Assembly: GCA_002269645.1 (NCBI GenBank)
Contig: NIVC01001380.1
Span: 62,001-126,000 of the forward strand
Direction: 5' to 3'
DNA length: 64,000 bases
Source: Macrostomum lignano
Taxonomy: Eukaryota
The notes under the pieces are model-generated. The model worked only from the letters and a program-made list of their open reading frames with translations, did no database searches and had not been told where the DNA came from. Made by a program: the position numbers and the translations under genes. How positions within the stretch are numbered: position 1 is the first letter of the stretch; each line of letters opens with the position of its first letter. Below are positions 38,101 to 48,153 of the stretch, one piece after another.

Positions 38101-39737
38101 ACGATTCGTGTGACTTCATGGCTTATCAATTGACGGCAGTGCAAACGAGCTTTGAGGGTAACTGTCAGTCATGAGTCATCTTTGTATTTGTCTTTTACAA
38201 ATTATAATTTAAATGCGGTGGAAAATGAAAGTCAAATAAAAAGCTCACTCACATCGATTCCAGTTAACTGCAAGCCGGTCCCATCTGAGCCGGCAGTCAG
38301 CAGCTGCTCATTTGCCCAGCCAATCACGGTAGCGGCTGCCTCGTCCAGCTCGCCGCAGTTCCCTGCCACGCGTCGGTACTGCCTCAGCGAGTGCAGCCGC
38401 ATCATGCTAATCAGCAGGTGCAGAATAGCTCGCAAGCCTCCAGCGGCCAGTTGCTCAGCAATGGCCAAGTCCAGCGGTAAGCCGTGCTGCTTGGCGCACT
38501 CCACCACAAGCACGCAGTTGGCCAGATGTTGCTCATCGCTACTGTTTAGTTCTCCTTCATCTGTTCCGGGCGAAGCTGTTGCTGTCACGGCAACACTGGC
38601 CCAGTTGACACTGCCCGGGGAGAGAGCTTCCCAAGCCTAAGCAGAATGAAAGATCTGATTGGTGAAATCAAACTATGCAACCAAGGTAGAACAATATTAG
38701 GATAAAAAAGTCACCTGTAGCAGTGCGAGGCCATCGCGTAGGTCGTCTGCTAGACGCGACACGGGCGGCTCTACGCCTAACGAATTGATCCAGATTTTGA
38801 TAGCGGCTGCTTCGTCAGTTTCCGGGTTGGCCTTGTCCAAGTTTTGTGTCAACTCAGTACCCGTAGGACTCTTAATGCTATTCTCATCTTCAGCAACTGA
38901 CTTGCGCCACAAGCATACCAGGTAGAAACTGCGCAACAGTCGAGCCCGATGATCCCTAGCAGCTTCCTCGTTCTCTACGTTGTCGCAGTCGTAATTATCT
39001 TTTCCATCGAGATGCTCTGAACTCAACAGACCGTTCAAATCAAGCGACTTCATGATGTCTTCAGTGTCGGCCTCGGGATTCTCTGTAGCGCTGAGAGCAG
39101 TGAGACGATGACAGGCTGACGGCTCGTTGCCTACGTAGCTGTTGCCAAGGTGACCGCGAATCCAGCTGCGAAATTCCATTGCCGATCTCTTATCTGGCAG
39201 GTAGCAACGATGCAGCGCCTGCAACAGGATGGCAATGTAGACGCCACAGTCGGCCCGGTCCAGACATTCAACCGTTAGGCCGCCAACGCTGACGCCGACG
39301 GATTCCAACGAGCCGATTGCTAAGTTCAGATTTTTGCGCCGCTTCCGAGCTGACAGCTTCGCTTCCGAATAGCTGGCTACCAAGCTCTCGTCCAGAGTCC
39401 CAGGCTTGATGACGTTAGCCAGAGCGCACAGAACCGCCCCGTCTTGTAGTCGGTCGAATAAATTCTTCTCGGACAGCGGCAGATAGTTGACGCCTAGCTT
39501 ACTACTCTTGGATAGTAGTCGGTTGAGGTGAGCGCAGATGCAGGCAACGTCGGAGCCAAAACGGTTGCGTACCGACTCCGCGGTGTAGCTTTTCTGTGAA
39601 GCTTTCAGCTCCTGCTGGTAGACTGGGTCCGAAAGCAGATGCTGCAATGTTAGCGATGATTTGAGAAACGGTCAAGACTTCTTCACAGGTTTATTTGAGT
39701 GTTTAGTTTCCCTCGTGATCCAATCGGTGTTGGCTAG
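35146..39737 (-). CDS. Plastin/fimbrin-like CH-domain protein with a long (GAK)n/acidic C-terminal tail. Minus-strand exons: [39737-39687], 39641-38715, 38636-38253, 37698-35738, 35260-35146; 5' end uncertain.
   Basis: LFDRLQDGAVLCALANVIKPGTLDE and NLNLAIGSLESVG (plastin CH1); AIKIWINSLGVEPPVSRLADDLRDGLALLQ (CH3); VIGWANEQL..LQLTGID|DPALRTTSVLGYL (start of CH4, spanning a phase-0 junction). GT-AG junctions at 38714/38637, 38252/37699 and 35737/35261 are all in phase. A 45-nt intron at 39686-39642 and an exon at 40954-40865 are tentative. Confidence 0.78.
37733..37994 (-). mobile_element. SINE family A copy in an intron of the plastin-like gene
   Basis: tRNA head plus CORE-like segment; 13-bp TSD ACAATGCTTTTTA (37720-32, 37995-38007). 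Confidence 0.85.
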
Positions 39738-39774
39738 CTGACGGAAAACAAAGACAGGCAGTTCTAGCTGACAG

Positions 39775-40000
39775 GGGGTCGTAGCCTATAGCGGTCAGGC
39801 TCAATTCCAAATGCAGTCACATTGGAATCTCAACTATTAACGCCCTTGAAGGTCAAACCCCAAAAGCACAGGGAAGTGTACATGCCTAACGAGTGTGTGC
39901 CTGTGTGCGTATGACTGTGTACGTATCTGCTTGTGTGCCCGCTCAGGGGAGTCGGCGGAATGGGCAGTATAAAGCCTCTCGTCTTAGAGGTCACTTGAAG
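39775..40000 (+). mobile_element. Degenerate SINE family B copy
   Basis: GGGGGTCGTAGCC head; AGTGTACATGCCTAACG and GGCGGAATGGGCAGT blocks are shared with 55640-56022. Confidence 0.65.
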
Positions 40001-41169
40001 TTTTGCATACAAAGTACCAGCTGCACTGGACACCAACATGCACATCCCTGACAAAAATTCTTGAGCTTATATGCATGATTTTTACTCTGTTTTCTATCTG
40101 TACTGTGCGGTAAAACTCATACTAAAGAGGCATTGTAATACAGTACAATCGACGAGAATCATTGATTAAAGAATCTGTTGCAACCCGTTATTTCGTAGTC
40201 CTCAGTGCTGGCCTCTAAGCTACATGAGAACGCGCTCCAAACTCCATTTTTGTGCAACAGAAGTATGGGACTTCTTGAACAAATTTAGCTTATACCAAAA
40301 GCTTTTGTGGGTTTCAAATTGGCTTATCTGAAACCCACACTTCAAGCGTCATTTTTATGGGCAAGAATTTTTCTACCTAATCTAAAATGGGTCTTGATGC
40401 CTCTATTGAAATTTAGGTAACACGAGTATGTAAAACCAATCCCCTTGACGAATCTCCCCACCAAAAACCCCCCATTCCGCATGCCCCAATGGTTGGCTTT
40501 AACTTTAAAAGCTATTCATAAGGTGGATTAAAGCTGCATAAAAAATGAAGCTTAAATTTAAGAACCGCACCACAAAGAACCTCTATGGTGACAAAATTAT
40601 TTTCTAAAAAACAAAAAACAAAACTGCAACTAATTGACGTTACCTAACTAAAGTTCAAGAAGTCCGAAGTATTAATTGGAACTATTTTCCCAACGGTTGC
40701 CCCGGACATCTGATCGGTTGAAATCCGTACCTACCAACTCCTACTAATTCCGAGACATTTTGTACTACCATTACCAACCACACCAGCTTCACTACTCTTA
40801 GTCTTTCAAATTCTTAATCTTATACAACCCACAATCGCAATCCAGAAGACCATGCAGCGCTCACCCAAGCTCCTTGTCGAAAAGCTCCGTGTTCAGACAT
40901 CAGTCGGCAGCCATTGTGCAGCTCATTGGGGAAGTTTGGTCGCCTTGCTTCCATGTTTGTTTGGTCAACCGCCAGGCTTCCAACAAACTGAGGGAGCTCT
41001 GCAGATTATTTGCTATGCTTCTTGGTTGTGAATTTCAAAGCCTACTAGCCCACTTCAGGGCCCACTTTCTGTGCCTTTGATTTGACTTAATCGCCATAGA
41101 CAACAGTGGGGTTACTGATTTTGAGTTTTCAAATTTTGTTATTGAGATTTCAATTCCTATAGGCCAGTT

Positions 41170-41480
41170 GCCGACATGCCAAGGCTCATGGGGATTGTTG
41201 AGATGCCAAGGCTCATGGGGGGGGAGTTGCTGAGATGCCAAGGCTCATGGGGGGAGTCTGCTGAGATGCCATGGCTCATGGGGGGGAGTTGCTGAGATGC
41301 CAAGGCTCATGGGGGTTACTGAGATGCCAAGGCTTACGGGGGAGTTTCTGGGTTCATGGGGGGTTACTGAGATGCCAAGGCTTACGGGGGAGTTTCTGGG
41401 TTCATGGGGGGTTACTGAGATACCAAGGCTTACGGGGGAGTTTCTGGGTTCATGGGGGGTTACTGAGATGCCAAGGCTTA
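41170..41480. repeat. G-rich ~30/48-bp tandem repeat with TGAGATGCCAAGGCT core
   Basis: Seen directly; 48-bp period in the distal part. Confidence 0.88.
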
Positions 41481-42196
41481 AACCTAAGGGTTTAAATAGT
41501 TTCTGATCGTCTAATTGTCACTTTTGACTCCCGGTTGTCTTGCAGAGGCATTTTTGGCTAGCCTTTTCCCCCTGTTCTGTATGATTTATGACCGCATCCG
41601 TCAAATTTCCATGGGTCTGGGAGGTCACCCTGTGGAGAGGGCTTTGAGGTTCTAAAGCTCAGCCAATCAGAGTCGAGCTAGTCATCTCAGGCTCGTCCAA
41701 TTAGGAAATTCGACTCTTGGTAAAACAATTGGGCAGCTGAAAGATTATGAGTATTATTGCGCACTGGACTGCCGGCTCGCTTGTCATCGAGTTATTGACT
41801 AAGAGCTAAGACTCTTCGGAAATAAGAGCGGCAGAAGCACCCCTTTTCTGGTTGTTTCGGTCCCTGTAACCTCCAGTTGGTCACCGTCAGTCTCCGCTCA
41901 ATCACACTTTTGAAGGCTGAACCCAATTACATTGTTGGCAAGAGTCCTCAGATCAGACAGAAACTTACTGGCGGTCCAAAAAGAGAAGGATAAACATATA
42001 TAGGCATCCGTAAGGCAATATTTAGGTATCTATGCTTTTTCGCCACTTCTACCTTAATCTGCAAGACGCAAATTTAGCTGATAAAAAATTACGGCCATGG
42101 CCTGAAATATCTTTAGATAACATCCTCGAGGCAATGCTTACTATTTAATGGTTAACGTTTTTCAGTTTGTTCATTCAGTTTGTTTACATCACCACT

Positions 42197-45100
42197 ATGT
42201 TTTCCAGGAAAGTTCGTTGTGAATTTCTCTTCCCCTGCTTCTGGCTGCTCCTGACTGCGGCTGCAGTTGCTCAAGCGAACTCGTGTGGAAAATTGGCCTC
42301 GGGTCAGGTGGATCCTGTTACAGTCCCCAAGGTGCACAGCTCGACAACTTCAAGTATAATAGTTGCTTGGCTGGCGCCAGACAGCGGCATCAAAGGGTAC
42401 CACTACATTGTAACCTGCCCCAGGTGCCCCTCTCCGAAAGTTAACACTACAGATGAGACATATACATTTCGGGGTCTCAGAGCGGCTACTGAGTACAGCT
42501 TCTCCATTCAGGCTGGACTTCCAAACTGTAGGCTGAGTTCTGCAATCAATCGTTCTGGAAGGACACGTGAGAAAGAGACTCGTTTTGCTTTGATATTGAA
42601 TTTTACGTCTGTAGCTCGAAGTTTATATTCATTCAAATTCTAGGGGATGCCGTGACTAAATATATATATTGATTACTAATTTACTACTTAATTTCCTATA
42701 GGTTTCGTGGTTTACTGTGTAGCATAAAGTATTGCTGAAGTTTTTAGTTGTAGCACAATATTTCAAAACCATCTTGCATAAAAACTACCAGCTGTCACAT
42801 ATCTCAGCTGTCATTTTTTGGGGACACTTTTAGCAAGTTTCGAAAATCGCACTTCAGAAGAATTGTCCATTCGTCGAAGATGAATTGAAGATTACGCTTG
42901 TCAATGGACACTGTCGACATTGTTAATGTTACATTACTTTGTGGGCTCTTCTTAACCTATATGAGCCTTGATTTCCGTGCCAATCTCTATTTTTTGTTTA
43001 AATGCATTCTTTAAGATATCCGTATGTCTAACCGGGTATTAGGGCATAAATTGCAGGGCTCTCTGGCATTGACGCCAGCTCAGCTCAGTACAGCTCCAAT
43101 GAGACCGCCATCTCTGTGACTTGGCAGCCATCCAGCACTTCTGGCGTCTCGTACCAGCTCACCTGCAAGCGAGTCGGCTCAGGTGAAGTCTCGACTGTGT
43201 CTTCACCCACTCCGAATGCCACCTGCGGCTCCCTGCAGTCTGGACAGGCCTATGAGCTGCGGGTGGCTGTGCAGAAGGCGGGATTTAATGACGTCATCAC
43301 GCGTCTGTCCAACCAGCTGACCAGTGAGTTCTCAATTGCTGCTGGCCGTAGATCTGCCTCCTACCGGCATGTAGTTTTTTTTAATAATAACAATTGATTA
43401 CACCTGCACCAATCGGCCAGATGTGCAACCGACAGCTCAGCCGCAGCTATTGTGCGGCGCATCTGAAGGTTGCGTACGGCTGTTCAGTCCAAGGACTGGG
43501 GGGTCGCCACACACATCCTCAATTACCCCAGCTAATGCTGGCACCCATTTTACGGCTTGGGTGAACTGAAGCAATGCAGAGTTGTGTCTTGCTCAAGGAC
43601 ACAAATTGTTCCAGTGGGATCGGGAATCGAACCCCCGACCTTTCAGTCGTGAGTCCGTCAATCTAACCACCACTAGGCTAGAGTTTTTAGAAAATATAAG
43701 AAACTTGCATGTCACTTTTAGAATATAAAAATCTGAAATGGACACGAGTCATCCATATTCATTTTCAACTTGAATTATTTTTCGAAGACAATTTGACCGC
43801 TACTTGAAGTACTATATTATAAAGATGTCGCTTACTCAAAAGTAGCAAGAAATGGGTTTGAAGTTAATTCCTCACAATGCGTACAAACGTTTGCAATCTG
43901 ATATTGCGTCCTCAGGTGAGGTTATAACTCAGCAGTGTGAAGACCCGTTGACAAAAATTAAGAGCTCAAAAAAACAATTTTGACCTTTCGTAAATTCAGT
44001 TTTAATTTTAGGCCCACCAAAGAGCTTACAGATGTGGTATAAAGTTCTCTGTTGAAACGAACAAGAAACGATTAAAGAATTTGTTCGAATTTGCTTGTCG
44101 GTGTAAAGTAATTACTCAACAAAGATGACTGGTTTTATAATCAGGAAATTTCATCTCATTGGCTGAATCAGCTGCCTACCCACTTCGCAACCGCAGCGCT
44201 CTTCCCGATTGACGCCAGCTCAGTGAGTTTCACCATCACAGAGACTTCCATCGCCCTGACTTGGGCGGCGTCCATCACTGAAGGAGTTCTGTACCGGGTG
44301 ACCTGCAGGCGAGTCGGCACAGGGAATTCAACATCTCTGCCTCCATCAAAGTATCTGAGTGCCAGCATCAGCAGTCTGCAGTCAGGAGAGGCCTATAACC
44401 TGTGTGTGGCTGTGACTAAGCAGGGCGGCTTCGATGAAGTTGTCACCTGGCTGCCAATCCAGCTGACCAGTGAGTTGGAGCTCAGCAAATGATGGCAGCT
44501 GCTCTCATGAGGCTCAGCTCGCTTCTATTGGGTCCGTTTCATTGCAGAGCTGTTCGGCATTGACGCCAGCTCAGCTCAGTACAGCTCCAATGAGACCGCC
44601 ATCTCTGTGACTTGGCAGCCATCCAGCACTTCTGGCGTCTCGTACCAGCTCACCTGCAAGCGAGTCGGCTCAGGTGAAGTCTCGACTGCGTCTTCATCCA
44701 CTCCGTATGCCACCTGCGGCTCCCTGCAGTCTGGACAGGAATATGAGCTGCGGGTGGCTGTGCAGAAGGCGGGCGGCTTTGATGACGTCATCACGGCTCT
44801 CTCCAACCAGCTGACCAGTGAGTCCTGCTTTTGTGCTGCTTTTGTCACGGCTTGTTCTCAAATCAGTCCTGAAGGTGTTCGCATTTTATAAGACATATTT
44901 TATGCAAGTATTAGCCCAAAAACCGATCTGTCTTTGTCATATTTATCCACCCGGATCTCATGTATCTTCTATTGTCTACATTATCTGTTTAATTTTCAAC
45001 TGTAACTTGATGATGCTGTATTTTTACTAATTGACCTTGATTGATTGATATAAGAGTAGATCCCTTACATCCCTCTGACAAGGACCACTTGAAGTTGTCA

Positions 45101-48094
45101 TTGTACTGGAACTTAACGTAAATTTTTTATCTTAAGATTGTGGTAACACCCAATTTTCACTGAATGATTTCTGCGAGATTCCTGATACGCAACGCCAACT
45201 TCTAGTGGTCCTTGGCTCTAAGTATGAGAAAGTCAGGGCCCCTGTGCATCCTGTGTCCCTCCCTCGCACCCGCCAACCGCCGCAGAGCTGTACTCAGTGA
45301 ACCCCAGCTCGGTCAGTTACTCATCCAATGAGTCAGCCATCAGCGTGACCTGGACCGCCTCAGCCACCGGTGCTGGAGTTCACCACCAGCTGCGCTGCCT
45401 AAGCGGCTCAGACGGCTCAGTCGTGATCAGAAATGTCACCTCGCCTGAGCAGCGGCTCAGCGCCACCTGCGACTCCCTGCAGTCGGGCTGGGAGTTCAGC
45501 CTGCAGATTGTCGTGCTGAAGGTGGGCGGCTTCGAGCCCGCATTGGCGGAGGTGGGACAGCTGCTCACCTGTGAGTCTCGGGCGCCAATCGTTCCTTTAG
45601 TTTATCAATTGTTCTTGGTGGAAGCCTAATGTCGTTTTAAAGTGCATCGGTGGGATCGTACTTTTTTAGATTTTCGGCACAAAAATTTAGTGTATGTTGA
45701 CTAGTACTGCCGGCCCCCTCTGGGGTAAGAGGCTTAATTAAGTAACAGTTCTTCCTAAGGCATCTCAGCATCTGTCCATTGAGTCTCTGGCATCTCAGCA
45801 TCTGTCCGTTGAGTCTCTGGCATCTCAGCATCTGTCCATTGAGTCTCTGGCATCTCAGCATCTGTCCGTTGAGTCTCTGGCATCTCAGCATCTGTCCGTT
45901 GAGTCTGTGGCATCTCAGCATCTGTCCGTTGAGTCTGTGGCATCTCCACATGTGTCCATTGAGTCTCTGGCATCTCAGCATCTGTCCGTTGAGTCTGTGG
46001 CATCTCAGCATGTGTCCATTGAGTCTCTGGCATCTCAGCATCTGTCCGTTGAGTCTCTGGCATGTGTCCATTGAGTCTCTGGCATCTCAGCATCTGTCCG
46101 TTGAGTCTGTGGCATCTCAGCATCTGTCCGTTGAGTCTGTGGCATCTCAGCATGTGTCCATTGAGTCTCTGGCATCTCAGCATCTGTCCGTTGAGTCTCT
46201 GGCATCTCAGCATCTGTCCGTTGAGTCTGTGGCATCTCCACATGTGTCCATTGAGTCTCTGGCATCTCAGCATGTGTCCGTTGAGTCTCTGGCATCTCAG
46301 CATCTGTCCGTTGAGTCTGTGGCATCTCAGCATGTGTCCGTTGAGTCTCTGGCATCTCAGCATCTGTCCGTTGAGTCTCTGGCATCTCAGCATGTGTCCA
46401 TTGAGTCTCTGGCATCTCAGCATCTGTCCATTGAGTCTCTGGCATCTCAGCATGTGTCCATTGAGTCTCTGGCATCTCAGCATCTGTCCGTTGAGTCTCT
46501 GGCATCTCAGCATGTGTCCATTGAGTCTGTGGCATCTCAGCATCTGTCCGTTGAGTCTCTGGCATCTCAGCATGTGTCCATTGAGTCTGTGGCATCTCAG
46601 CATCTGTCCGTTGAGTCTCTGGCATCTCAGCATGTGTCCGTTGAGTCTCTGGCATCTCAGCATCTGTCCATTGAGTCTGTGGCATCTCAGCATCTGTCCG
46701 TTGAGTCTCTGGCATCTCAGCATGTGTCCGTTGAGTCTCTGGCATCTCAGCATGTGTCCATTGAGTCTGTGGCATCTCAGCATGTGTCCGTTGAGTCTCT
46801 GGCATCTCAGCATGTGTCCATTGAGTCTGTGGCATCTCAGCATGTGTCCGTTGAGTCTCTGGCATCTCAGCATCTGTCCATTGAGTCTGTGGCATCTCAG
46901 CATGTGGCCGTTGAGTCTCTGGCATCTCAGCATTCTATTTTTTTTAAAAGTTGTGAAAAAGCAATTATTAGCGCAAAAGAGAAACGTCTCTGTCTTGCTA
47001 ATGTATTTTGAAACAAAAAAGGTTTTTGAAAAACGAATTTTGTACCGATGGTATCATTGTAAGTTTTGTATTTTTATTTAATGATTTAAATAAATACAAA
47101 AAAGTGTTGCATATTGCTGTGACTGATGGGGCACATAATTGCGGAGCGTTTTTAAATAATCTGATGTAACCGCCCTTTATGACCGTCTGCTCAGCGGAGA
47201 GGAGAGCAAATGACCATAGGGGGCAATGACCGTAGGCTTCCGATGACCTGGCAATGGCCTGACGGACCTCCAGCACCAGACTGTCCCGCCCATATGATTG
47301 ATAGCTTTGGTAGCGCTTTCGTGACCAGAGAGCCAAGGACCCACATGGACTCCGCCTGTAGCCAAGGTGCGTAAATTTGTCACTCTGCCATGGTATGACC
47401 GAGTGGCTGCCACCACTCTATATGACCTGGCGCACCTGGATCTTGATCAGACCTTTCGAGGCTAGAGCCCCGCCTGGATTGGTTACCAGGGGATTTAGGC
47501 TAACAGGGGAGACACATGCAGCCGAGTACAGGGAATCTGCTTTGGGTTCAATCAGGAACTCTCTGGGATCACTCTGGAGGATTTCTCAGCAGGGGGTCCT
47601 TTGTGGCTGTGATTGAGGCGGACTTGCGGCTACGATTACTAAGAGTAGTGTGAGTTGAACATGTGCTAGCTATAGTTTAGATTGCTTAGGGCGAAGGGAC
47701 GCGTCAGCATGGGGTTGCAACCTTCCTGTTGCCATTCTGTGCCAAGACTCGCTAATTCCCTCTACTGCACGCACACACAGGCGGGGCTTTGCACGGGGAG
47801 AGGCCATTAGCTTACCCAAACTTCCCTATACTTTGCCACCCAAGGAGTAAGGCCTAGCAAGCCATGAATGAAATGATGATGAAGGTGTGAAAAATGATGA
47901 GTTTAGTAATGGTTAATAATTAGACCCTCAGGCGAAATACACAGGCAATTAGGCGGCTTCACTATTGAATAAATACAGCAAAAATATGGTTATACAATTG
48001 GCTCAGCTCTCTGATCAAGCAATGGCAAAAAGGCAAACCCCGGATAAGCAAAGGCAATTAGAGCCCACATTAGTACAGGAACTTACCGGCGGCT

Positions 48095-48153
<59 letters not shown>

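Noticed and set aside
40269-40665. Short inverted repeat GGACTTCTTGAAC/GTTCAAGAAGTCC as a MITE
   Set aside because: A 13-bp match only, with no clear termini or TSD.
45637-47081. Long ORFs in several frames (MLRCQRLNG.., SLWHLSICPL.., MPETQRTDAE..)
   Set aside because: Translations of the 30-bp intronic minisatellite.
47180-47620. Possible degenerate retroelement coding fragment
   Set aside because: Only a vague resemblance after assuming several frameshifts; not supportable without a search.
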